The notes under the pieces: model-generated | The model's database searches: none | Told to the model about the DNA's origin: nothing | What the model saw: only the letters and a program-made list of their open reading frames with translations | DNA from: Hyphochytrium catenoides | Taxonomy: Eukaryota; Protista; Hyphochytriomycota | Reading direction: 5' to 3' | Assembly: GCA_900088475.1 (NCBI GenBank) | Contig: FLMG01000825.1 | Location: 1 to 32,991 of the forward strand | Length of the DNA stretch: 32,991 bases | Shown here: positions 21,701 to 32,991 of the stretch, one piece after another | Position numbering within the stretch: position 1 is the first letter of the stretch | Layout: every line of letters starts with the position of its first letter | Position numbers and translations under genes: made by a program

Positions 21701-24700
21701 GCTTGTACTCTTGCTGCATGTTGTATGCACCAACAGGGGAGAGCATTGGGTCTATACAGTGCAGTCACTTAGTTCGGCCAGCGAGAAGACGGACCACATG
21801 TTTCCCGAATGAGTGAGAGAGGGGCAATATTGCGGCACACATGAGCAGCAGCCGACCAAAGTCTTTAGAAGAGCATAAGTGAGGTGAAGAGAAAAGCCAC
21901 GAAAACATATATTAGAGGAGCAGTAAGGGGATATTAGACAAGAAGATAAGTATCATAATGTTATCCCCACCATCTGACCTAAATGCAGGACAAAGAGAGA
22001 CATATTCATAGAAAATGAAGAAACTGCGAGTCCAACCTGCGTAGGAGAAGCAAAAGAGATCCTCAACCCGAGAGGGAAACGCTAGCGCTGATAGGCAGAG
22101 GAAAAAGCGTTGGCAGTGCTCCTCAGAGAGAAATGAGACCACTTTATGCTGTCCATCTTTGCACTGAACAATTACTCTTCTCCCTCTGCCTCTTTCTTTG
22201 GAGAGTGATGAAGACAAGGATGAGGAGGAGAGTGATGAACTCACTGCAACGGGGGTATCGAGCTTTGATACCAACAAAAGAGGAAGGCTCCACCGCACGG
22301 AAGCAGAACCTGGCTGGTGGAATATGCAGCTATACCGTCAAATAAAAAGAGCAAGGTCAGTTCAATGACAGACTAGGACGCTAGCTATTACGTCAAATGT
22401 CGAGAGCGTTGGAGCGGAGGGGAGTAGGGATGTTAAGAAGCGCCTTTTTTACCTACCGCGCTCGCATCTGTCACGTTCAAGAAGAGAGAGAGAGAAAAAA
22501 GGATGCTCACCGGTAATTAGTTAGATAGAGTCGGCCCACACAGTTGGAGTTCCCACTATCGCCAGCTCCCCTTTGGAAGGACGTCCCTTCTACATCAGCG
22601 AAGAGAATCTCCCCTGGCAGTAGGAAGCGCTGGACATCAGCCACTGCGGTTGTGACCGAGGGAGAGAGAGATGAGAGAGGTAGCGATGGCGCATGTTCAA
22701 AGGCAAGATAGACGGGCCTGGGAATGCAGATTGGAGTGGGACGAATTAGAGAAAGACCTCCTCACCAACCTAACGCAGTTTCGTGGCTGTCTCCTCTAAA
22801 GTGTTCTAGTTGCTACATTAATCTTCTTCGGCCTTCTATCTTATCCATTCTTCTTTCGCTTGACTCTTCGTCCGTCTCGTCCAAGAGTCTCGCGACTCTT
22901 TGTCTATCCTGTTTTTGCCCAAGAAGATCACAGATCAGTCTTGACTTTACCTGCCTACTCGTTGGACTCTGCTGGCAAGTTCTTCAGTGGTCATCCCTCG
23001 AACACAGAGCCCATTAACGGCAATCAGGACGTCACCTAGTCGAATCTTCCCGCAAAGTTGGGCAGGGGGAGGGCCTCCGTCCTTCAAGGCGTTGAAGCCA
23101 CTAACAGTGACTGCTTGCAGCTGGGCCTCTATAGGCTCGCTACTTTGTTTGGTTGACTCCATAAGGGTAGCTTCTGCTAAGCCCTGCTGCTCTTTGTCCT
23201 GCCGCCCTTCCGAATTTGGCGGCACATTGCTCTTTGATTGTCTTAGAGAAAGCCCTAGAGAGGGTGCATCAAAGCGGACAACGTCTACGAGGGGGCTCTG
23301 GAAAGACAGCAAACAGTTCAAGTAAGTATGACAGAGAGCTCTTTCTTTTAACCAGACCAATGCATCTGCCGCCCTCGCCTTCTTTGCCTAACGGCCTTAG
23401 AGCAGTTGGACCATCTCTGAATCTGCATTTTATATAAGATGTACTCCATCGGACGGACGTTAGCTAGAGGTAGTGTCCTCGTAGTGCAAAGCATCGCAGT
23501 CGGTCCTCTCTTTCTATCATCTTTGTTCCTTACCTGTTGCCTTGTAGGGTCTCTAAGAATCTCCGCCTGATTGAGGATATCGTTAATGTTGGCAACTCCC
23601 GGTAGGTTCATTAACAACTGCAGACAACCTGCAGCATCTAAGCCCATCAGATCGTCTCTAATGCGGAGAAGGAGGGAAAGACAGAGATAAGGGAGCAGAG
23701 GAGGACCCGGGAAGGTCTTTTGGTCATCTTGAAACAGGCTCTCCTCTTGTTCAAGCGGCTGAAGGCTTCGAAATAGTGCAGACCAAATGTCAACCACCTG
23801 ATGAAGCTCGAACTCACGAATAAGAAGAAGGCGAAGCCTGATTGTCAAGGAATGTTGGCAGAAGACAGATGAGGGTGAGGATACCAGTAGATGTTTCGCC
23901 ATCCTACTCTGCATTGTCCTACCAGCGGTAGCAGTAGAGCTCTGGGTGCGCCCCGAGATGGTCCAGGTGAGCTTGAAGGTCCGGGTCTGCTCGCCTGAGG
24001 TAGACGGAGTGTAGAGCCCGACAAAACGCTATATTCGGATCCTTCCACTCACTCTCCTTCTCTTCGTTGGCCCCTCGTTGTCGTCCATCCTCTAGCTGCT
24101 GGTAGAAAGGAGCCATAAGGCTCATGAGCCTCTCGAAGAGCATAAAGGCGTCTTCCTCCAGATTCAGAGGGCATGAAAGCTCCTCCAGTAACTCTGTTCC
24201 TAGCAACGCAAGCCTAGGAATGACGAAGGTATGTCAAGGTCAAGAGGCCGCACTTTATCTCCTCAGCCAGGCAAACCCTACCGTTCGGTCTCAAGTGGGA
24301 GATCGCACCTCCATTCTTCCCGCTGACTCAAGACGTATACTAATACGCAGAGAAGGTCGTGCATGCCCTGGCGATAGGAAACCTCTGCCAGAGGAAGTCA
24401 ACGAGCGATGCACGAACGGAGGGTCAAGGATTAATGAAGAACCAAGAACCACTGAGAGAGGGCAAAGTGACATCAAATGGGCTAGACAAGACTAAGTGTG
24501 TGTGTGTGTGAGAGAGAGACAGAAGGAGAGGAACCAAGAGTGCGAGAACTAGTGAGAGAAGACAAACATTCTTGCAAACGCCCGCCATGCACCTGGATAG
24601 CTCTTAGCCCATACAAAGAGTACGTTTTTCATGAGCACCAGGAGCGCCGGCTTGTCCTGGAAAAAACTCTCTCCGCCTCTAGGAAACAATCGGTTCACGT

Positions 24701-25535
24701 CCTTCTCTATCTCTTCGCGCAGATGAGCGTCCTGCTAAACAGTAAGAAGTTCAGACGAGAGAGAAGCACATTGTAGAGAAGGAGGGGGCCGGGGATGAAG
24801 TCTGTCTGGAGGCTGAACAAGAGCAGTGCTGGAAGCTAAGCAGGAAGCCAGATCATAGTGAGGAGAAAGAAGACGTCACTACGGACCTCATGAGAGTCTG
24901 GAGCTTGAGACGTAGACTCTCTCTCATAAACAGCTCCATCTGTTCCCTCTATCGACAGTGGGGATGAGCGATCGCGTTAGCATTTGTCCTAGCTGGAGAC
25001 TGCAGGGTGAAAGAGGGTCCCTTCACCCTGCAGTGACATCCACGGAGGGCAGAATCGTATGTCTTTTATCTTTATGAACCTACCATCCTGGGGTATCATT
25101 GAGGCCCTGAGGCTGCGGTAGTACTCCCTCCTCGTCCTCACAGTCTCCAACCACTCTGTAGGCAGCGACGCAAGAGAGAACACGCCCAAGAAGGCTTTCC
25201 ATCCGACCTGCAGAGGAACTCCTTCCTCACCCCCACCTACTTTTGCTTCTTCTTCCATGGCAACTTGACCTTGACTCCTCTCTCACGGCCTCCATACCAT
25301 CGCCAGCATCTCTCGGAGTCCTGCAAATCTCGATATATTTTTACTCTTCAGCTCTATTACGAGTACTTCTGCACGGCTTGTTGTCAGCGAGAAGAGCTGT
25401 TATCTGTTGGACTAGACAGAGATGAGCGTAGGACTCTTGGCCGTCAGGCGGCATATCCTCCTGATGATGATGGCCAAGGTTGAAGCTGAAGACTCTCATG
25501 AAGATCGCCGCGAGGTTTGCCTCTTGCGAATCCAT
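18785..25535 (-). CDS. TBC (Rab-GAP)-PDZ-PH/GRAM-myotubularin phosphoinositide 3-phosphatase fusion protein (~1070 aa)
   Basis: Exons 25535-25494(?), 25396-25298(?), 25207-25084, 24948-24887, 24731-24593, 24384-24309, 24213-23923, 23837-23534, 23297-22951, 22717-22511, 22329-22037, 21751-21600, 21380-21164, 20914-20763, 20672-20601, 20383-20228, 19989-19712, 19310-19182, 18857-18785. All are GT-AG and frame-consistent. TBC: [34 protein letters not shown]: [24 protein letters not shown]: [14 protein letters not shown]. Myotubularin: [63 protein letters not shown]. The first two exons are tentative. Confidence 0.88.
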
Positions 25536-26090
25536 CTCTTCCTTCAACACGACATTTTAATTGTTCTTTTATCTCTTTGCTACATTTTCTCATTATTTCT
25601 CTCAAAGCAAAATCAAAAACCCTTTACGGAGTAGGGACATTATTATATAGTGTTTGCCAAGAGGGGATTTAAGAATGTATATATTAGATAATGGAATACT
25701 TTATGATTTTGATGCTAGTTTTTATGGGATTGTTGATGGTCTATATGGAGAGCAAGCAAGAGCTGGGCATGGCCAGGCCGTCTCAATAGCAGAAAGCTCA
25801 GTCTCCGCCTATCTGAAGCTTCTTGCCACTGTGGGACTTTAGGCCACAAGCTGCATTGTGGACAGAGGATAACAAGGAAGGCCTAGAGCTTCCCCCGCCG
25901 CGGCGCACGCTGGTCAGCCTCTGCCGGAGCCCTTTAGACTAAGTGCATTTGAACCGCCATGAGGGCGAGCTACAGATTGAGTGCTTGCTCGTAGAGAGTC
26001 TTCGGCGGCATCAAAGAGGGCAAGTACGGTTGTCTACCGGCTCATCCCAGGCACAAGGGCAAACCAATATTACGGCTCATCGCTACCGTC
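25536..26090. promoter_or_regulatory. Probable bidirectional promoter region (~555 bp) between head-to-head genes
   Basis: Divergent ATGs at 25535 (-, tentative) and 26091 (+). AT-rich block at about 25550-25745; TCTGAAGCT motif at 25812. Confidence 0.5.
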
Positions 26091-29087
26091 ATGGCAGAGG
26101 TTATTCTTGGCTGTGTTGGCAAGCCTTCCGCAGGCAAGAGCACATTCTTCAATGCGGTGACCGAAGGGAAGGCAAAAGTGGGCAACTTCCCGTTCACCAC
26201 CATTGAGCCGAACACTGGGATTTCCTACTATCGCACTGAATGTGCCTGCAAGAGCAGAGGACTAACAGCACAGTGCAAGCCAAAGTATGGGAAGTGCGAG
26301 GATGGCCTAAGGTAACTTGATGCTTACGTTCACGGCAGGGAGCGAGAGACTTGTCATGAAGCAGGAGCGAGTATGTGTACGGACATGTGAGGCACTTTTA
26401 AATGAGAGTGTCATGGAGCTTCCGAGGAGAGAGATGGAGAGACTGCCCACGATTTACCTAGATGGAGCGGACATGGCAACGGCTAAGAATGGATGTCTAA
26501 GAACTCTTAGCCGGTGATAGGCATGTCACATCCCTCATTGTTCCTTACGTTTGGAAGGAATTGCCGCTTCCGCCTCGCTCTTTGACTCTCTCTTTGTCTC
26601 TCAATTCTCTGACTCTTTCTCGGTCTCCTTCCCTGTGTCGAAAATGTTGGTCCTCCGCCCCTGTCTGGGTGCTCGCCTGCTCAATCACCTCAGGTACATT
26701 GCTATCAAGCTCCTCGATGTGGCCGGTTTGATCCCAGGAGCGTCGGAGGGCGCAGGCCTTGGAAATAAGTTCCTGGATGACCTGAGACACGCCAGTGTGC
26801 TGCTGCATATTATAGATGTTAGCGGGACAACCAATGAGAAGGGAGAGGTGGGTTGAGCTGTCTCTCTCCTGTTATGTTGTACTCCCGCTCTATGTCAACC
26901 TGCGTTCCCAACGTCTTGTGTCGATTGCTGGTCATACAAGTCGTCATGGTCTTCAGTCACATCGCCTGAGGTCTTTTCTATCTCCTCCATCTAGTTCTGT
27001 GGCGTCTGAGCTCTTCATCCGCCGCTTACGTTCTTCTTGGGGTTAGGTGACGGAGGGCTATGACCCCATCAATGACGCCGAGTGGCTCTGGTCTGAGATT
27101 CATGCGTGGGTCTTCAACAATCTTTGGAAGAAGTGGGACTCCATTGTGAGGAGGCACACAGGTAGGGCAGCCCATTGGTCTTTCTCGTCTAACCTCCTTG
27201 TGCTCTCTAGCTACTTCGCTGTCTATATGCATTGTTAACGTCTTGCGCGTGGCCGTTATTCTCATCTTTGTTATCAAGGCCCTCATCCGTACACCCATCT
27301 CACTCTACAATTCGGTCGTTTTTGCTACTTCTTGCTTGCTGTTATCTCTCGGCAGCTACCAAAGCAAGCGCTCTCGACACATTCTCTGCCCAGTTGTCAG
27401 GATACGGGTGTCCGCCCTCACTTATCGCTACCCTTTTGGATAAATTTGGGGCCAAAGAACCCGTTAACTTGCAGGTACCAGCCTGCCGGTTCTCCCTTTT
27501 ACACATCTTGGCTTCTTCTTTTGCCTTGCCTGCGCCTCACATCCCATCTTTGCCTTTCTCCTCGTCAATTGCTATAATTCTCTCCAGGAGTGGACAGAAG
27601 ATGATGTTCGTAGGCTCGTCTCTCTTTTCCTGGAGGTTCGCTTTCCTACGGTCTTAGTTCTTAACAAAAGTGACCAGGGAGGGGATACCGATAAAAACAT
27701 CAGGTGAGCAGGAAAGAGCCTAGCATAGCGGGACTGGTCAATGATAGGGTAAGGGCCCAGTAGGTTATAAACAAGATGAAGGGTCTGGAGAGTGACGGTC
27801 TCGGGGAAGGACTATTCAGCCAAAGAAAGAGGGCATTCGCCTTCCCTACACGGATTTGACCGAGTTTGTCATCAGCCATATGGTAGAGAAGTATGGCGAC
27901 GAGCGCTGTATTGTCTCTTCTGCTGCTGCTGAGGTGATGCTCAAGACAGCAGAGAAGCAGCGAAGGATCAGATATAGACCAGGAGACATGTTCTTCACCT
28001 CGTACGAGGAGGAAGAGGAGGAGAAGGTTAGGAATGGCTACTTTGGCAGTCAAACCACTGCTTAAACGCCCCATTTCATCTCTCGTCTGATTACACTCTA
28101 TCGAACTTTCTCACGCCGTCTCTCTTCGTTCAACCCTTCTGTGCACCTTTGCCAACTGTGCAACCTCTCCACGCTCATCATCTGCGCTCGCTTTCAGGCT
28201 GAGACCCTGGCAAGAGGAGAGGAGTTCAAGCCACCTGGGCCACCACTTATTCCCTCTGAAAAAAAAATCACAAAGCGGCTAGAAAAGTTGAAGGACATGG
28301 TTCTCTATAGATTTGGAAGCACTGGTATGGCAGACTGCAGTTTCCTAGGCTCACATGATTTCTACTGTTAAGTGATTGCATGCCTCTCAGCCTAAGCAAA
28401 TATGCATTATCGTCCGTCTAGGGATCACGATGTGTCCTTCCATGCGAGGTTGCAGCACTTTTGGTCCGCTGCCTGTTACCTCATGTCCCGTTCATCTGGT
28501 CTCCCATCCTCATGTTCTTCTGTCTCTCTGCAGGTGTATGGCAGGCTTTGGAGGCGGCGGTGAAGCTGACTGGGACTGTGGTTGTATACCCAGTCCGATC
28601 TCTTAAGACCTTTGCCACGGAGCCCCAAGGAAAGGGAGTCTTTGGGAACGCGATTCTTGTCAAAAAAGGTAAGAAATCAAAGACATGCCTACAAATTGTG
28701 ATAGGAGGACGGCGGGAGATTCGGCCACATGCATTCTTGGGCTTGGTACATCTTCACTTTGGTTGACAGAGTTATGTTGGGGCTGTCTCTGTTACTGAAC
28801 GTCCGCTTTTTCTCATCTACTGTTGGTTATCCTTCGCTTTTGTGTTATGAGCATTCTGAGGGAATCATCTTGGTTACCTTGTTAGCCTTCTCCCTCTTCC
28901 CTGTTTGCCAGGTACAACTGTACGGGAGTTAGCCTATCTGGTCGACCCTGCAATAGGTCTGAACTTTCATTATGCCGAGGGGGAGGATGGCCGACGACTG
29001 AGCGAAGAGGAGGAAGTGTGGCACAACATGATCATCAAGTTTTCCACGATAGCAACACAAGGTCATAGCCACTCTTCGTTCTCTTAG
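26091..29087 (+). CDS. Obg-family GTPase, Ygr210/archaeal YchF-like subfamily, with C-terminal TGS-like domain (~437 aa)
   Basis: Exons 26091-26311, 26694-26847, 27047-27161, 27356-27474, 27588-27703, 27876-28026, 28198-28324, 28534-28668, 28912-29087, phase-consistent. G1 GKPSAGKS, G2 [11 protein letters not shown]3 [21 protein letters not shown]4 NKSD, G5 [19 protein letters not shown]. Has the Cys-rich insert CAC..C..GKC typical of this subfamily. Confidence 0.92.
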
Positions 29088-29863
29088 GCCCATGCTGGCC
29101 TCTCTTCTCTTCTAGTCCCAGTCCTGATTTGACGTAGATCTACCGTTCATGGACTCTTGAGATTGGTGGGCTGTGGCTCTCTCGCTTCTCTTTCTATGGA
29201 GTTGCCTTCTGTTATCTCCTCATGGACTTCCTCCGAAACTGATGTTTTCTTCAAATCGACCTAAAGATTGTTCTTTCTCCCAAAGACCCTTGCTCTCGCG
29301 CCTCCTTGTCCTCTGCCTTTATGAGGACGCTTCTCTTACGCCTAGCCGTCGCTCTGCACTACATAATCCCTCATTCGACCAAACCTGCTATCTCAGCTCC
29401 GCAGCCTGAGAAGAAGGGGACAGGAGAAGTAAAGAAGGCAATGACCCGTCTTCCTGGGCAATCCAAGGCAAACAATGGAACCATTGAAGGGAGCGACCTG
29501 TAGGTATTGCATTAAACTGGGCGGGAACAGATGGCAGAGGCAAGCATGGACTCAAAAATCAAGAGGGACTGAAGCGCCCAGCAGACGGTCCAATTGGCAA
29601 TTGCTTCTAATAATTTATTCGCATAAAGTGTGCCTTTAGGCATGGAACGATGTTCCTCCTTGACTGAGCAGCATGTCTCCAGTCCTGTGGCCCGTGCTCT
29701 GGTAGAGAGAGGCTCGAGTAAGCTTCGTGACTCTACGCTTCTTCGAAAGCTGAGGGAGAGTCGACGACAGCGTGTCATCTCCTCCCATTCGCCCTCGCTC
29801 CTCCCAATCTCTATAGAACTGTTGCCTAAATAGAGTGCCATGTTAGGTAAAGATGCCTCTCTA

Positions 29864-32800
29864 TCAGGTCGGAAGGAAAGAAGAGGAGAACGGAGGACAG
29901 CAGGATGGGGCCGAAGGAAGAGAGGATAGTGTAGGACATGCAGATCTAGACCTTCTGATGAGATTAAAGAGCCTTGTACAGTCTTCACCGAAATTGAGAC
30001 GTTCCGGTTTCCCATCGTGGACAGCCATAGCATCTTTGCGTTCTATATCCCAGTCCCTTTCCTCAACCGATGGCTCCGTGGCTTTCTCCTTTTTCCTTCT
30101 ACCAGTGGGAGATAAGGTAGGAGCGACACCAGAAGCTGCGGAAGAGGTCTGTAGAGAAGCGACTGCGCAGATCCGAGAGACGAAGGTGTCTGCTCCCATT
30201 CTATGGGCGACGATACCCTGGTACACTGTCAACAGGTCCAGGGACCAGGCAGTAGAAGCGTCCTAATGAGACGAGGAGCAAAGCAGGATCAGGGACCGGG
30301 TTAAGGGAGATAGGGAACCTGGTACACCAATAGTAGAAGACGCAAAGACAATGTAGACAGATATGCATGAGAGAGAGGGACGTACTAGGAGAGAAGACAG
30401 CGAAACAGCGAACTGCGCTTGACAAAGGGACAACCACCTTGTCCCGAAACACCCACAGAAGTCTAGACTCTGAAAATGATAATGAGAGCGCCTACCAATG
30501 TCCTCAGAGCCTTACGCCGGTGAGCAAACGGCTTTTTCTTGAAATAGAGCTCCCTCCATAAGTCCTCTCGTCTTTCCAGCGCCTCAAGGTTCCTGTAAGT
30601 AATTGAATGAGTGCAGCGCTGCCCTTGTACCCGCCTGGAGCCCGTCCCGCAAAATGTCACACTCTAAACATAGTCAAAGTCTTTCCTTGCATCTCTCTAT
30701 CTCTCACAAGCCCTTTGTGCCCCCCATCTACCAGTAGAAAATCTCTCAGCTATGAATCATCATGACCCTTCAACTTACCTCGATGGCGGAAAGCTCTCAA
30801 GATAGCTACCAAGTCTCTTCCAGGCTTTCACAGCTTGTTCTAACGTTGTGAGGGAAGCTGAGAGAACGGGGATAGACTCCACACTGGCACACAGGGCGTC
30901 AGTAACTCTCTCCTCTCCTCCTGGACTATCTTTCTTTTTGGCGGTGATGTGCTCTAGCCCCACTAGACTTCTCGGTGAACAATAAAGTAAGCTTTCCACC
31001 ACATCTTCCTCTTCTGCCTCGTCTTTACGATGCTTCCCTAGCGTTTTCAGTAGCTCTAGGTGCTGGACACGAACACGTACTGGAGTTAGAAGTTCCGCAA
31101 AAAGGGCTAAAGAGGGAGGCAGGCAGAGCGTCATCCAGTGACGGCGAGACAAATAAGACAGAGAGAGACACCGAGGCACGAAGGGTTCACTGCAACTAAG
31201 ACGACAGTAAACACTTACCATCATATGGAGATATGAAACTTCTGGGAGCTAAGAAGAGCAATAGAAGAATTAGCAACTGCACAAAGCGATTGAAACTTGA
31301 TACCAAGTAGAGGCAGAAGCGTGCGTGACAGAGAGTGTATCTCAGCGAAAATAGGATAACATTTGCGGCATAGTCAAAGGTGGGCACATCTGAGGGACAT
31401 CCCCCTGGTGTATGTAGCACAATGGGGTATGGTACGGGAGGGCGATTGGAGCGGAGAGGATGAGAGCAGAATAGTTTAGACAGAGGACAGAGAGAGAGAG
31501 AACAGCACAGAGACAGTGAGATAAAAGCTTGGCGACATTAAGGGCCATGGAAAAGAGGAAGCGAAGGGATAAGAGAGTTGCACGTCGACAGAGGTTGATC
31601 ATGTGAGTGCCAGAAGGTTGAAGAAAACGGTGAGGAAGAAGACGAGGGACCTGCTTCCTTATGCGCCTCAACAGTGTGAAAGCTCCTTCTATGTCATTTT
31701 CCAGTAACAAAGCTTGCACAAGATATTCAACATAAATAACTGTCATGGGGCTGAGATTTCCAGACTTGATTGACGACATCAAGCATTTCCTCGCCTCTGT
31801 AAGGATCTCTTGGTCGCTTCTGAAGCTTTGGCCTGTAACCTGTCCGTCCAAGCCCCAGATACTTCCAAGAGACTCTTCCTGAGAGAGGGAAGCAGTTCTT
31901 CCTCTATCAAAATCGTCCTCGTCACTTTCTTCGTGGTAATATCCATGAAAGGACTTAGGACGCGAAAGAGACTGCCGCCTTCTCTCCATATATACACGGA
32001 GAGAGAGAACGCCGTAGAGCCCAGCAACATCGCAATCGTTCTTAAACTCCTCCTAACAGCGGTAATGATAATGAATAAACAGGAGAAACAGGTAAATATC
32101 AGAGGAGTAAAGCTAGAGCACATGGCAATCAGAGAGTGATACACTATTTCGCGGGGAACTAGACTGATGAATGACAGCGCAACAAGGAGCCAGACCAATG
32201 GCAACTTCTCCTTGAGAGCTGTGTAAGCCTCCTCCGTCATCCCCTGCGCCAGCATAAACTTCACCATCTCAAGTAAGACCCAGCGGTTCTGTCAGGAAAG
32301 AGAAGGAGGATCAGAACAGGGAATGGAGGTGATAGAGAAGCGCACGAACAGCTTTGGATATGGAAGTTCGTGACATGGAAGGAATCACAATGCCCAGTCC
32401 CCATGCTAATCTTCCATTCGGTAGCAAGAGGCAAGCAGAAGTATGCAGGGGGTCATAGGAAAGAAAGAGAACAGCCATCTCGTCTTGTTATATAGAGATT
32501 GGATAGGACAAAGAGGGCGTAGCTCACCTCAAGTGTCTTGTCGGCGAGGTTTTTCCTGAAGAATCGCACAATCTGGTTCTTTGGGACACGAGCTTGCGTC
32601 ATCAACTCCAGGCTGCCCTGAAGCACTTCTCAGCTGTCTGACGTGTCATTCCTCTTTCCCACTCTATTTCCACACCCTCTTTGTCGGTCGCCTACATTCC
32701 CTTTCTCTCCTTATCTGCGCCTGATAGCGTAGTGCTGTGTGTGGTTATGAGCGTTGTCTAGACTTGCTTGTCCACCGGCTTCAGTCCCGTTACCTTTTTT

Positions 32801-32991
32801 CATTCTTATCCATTCAGTTACCCCTTCCTCTCTGTGCCCTCGCTTGTCATGACGCTTCTTCCTCTGACTGTCTCATCTCCTCCTCGCTTGTATCTCTCTT
32901 ATTTCTCTTCCCTCTAAGGCATAGGCACGAGGGATGCCCTACCTGTACGCAATAGAGCCGATTGTGTCTAAAGTCTTTATAAAGTGCCGAC
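29864..32991 (-). CDS. TAF1A (TAFI48)/Rrn11-like RNA polymerase I initiation factor subunit, 5'-truncated by window end
   Basis: Exons >32991-32943, 32617-32528, 32288-32196, 32052-~31640, ~31079-30779, 30592-30496, 30262-29864; the junction across ~31640-31079 is unresolved. Helical protein with segments GSLELM, FMLAQGMTEEAYTAL, YVEYLVQALLLENDIEGA, AWKRLGSYL...RREDLWRELYF, QGIVAHRMG, colinear with motifs I recall from animal TAF1A. Confidence 0.6.

Overview
Intron-rich eukaryotic genomic DNA, probably from a protist. A stramenopile-like origin is inferred from gene content only and is not proven. Manual splicing with reading-frame checks gives 8 protein-coding genes. (1) A partial permuted-papain/NlpC-P60-like gene (-). 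(2) An aspartyl/asparaginyl beta-hydroxylase-domain protein (+) that needs one GC-AG intron. (3) A single-coding-exon protein with three C-x4-C...C-x2-H(GGG) WRKY19-like zinc fingers (-). (4) Mitochondrial L-galactono-1,4-lactone dehydrogenase (-). (5) A RING-finger membrane protein (-). (6) A ~19-exon gene fusing a TBC Rab-GAP, PDZ, PH-GRAM and a catalytically intact myotubularin phosphatase (-). (7) A Ygr210/archaeal-type Obg-family GTPase (+). (8) A partial TAF1A/Rrn11-like Pol I factor (-). The top finding is the TBC-PDZ-GRAM-myotubularin fusion. Next are two intergenic blocks (about 11.4-12.24 kb and 18.2-18.56 kb) dense in stems whose non-Watson-Crick pairs are mostly G-U on the + strand, suggesting unannotated structured RNAs. 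No searches or folding programs were run; all calls come from reading the sequence and recalled family motifs.
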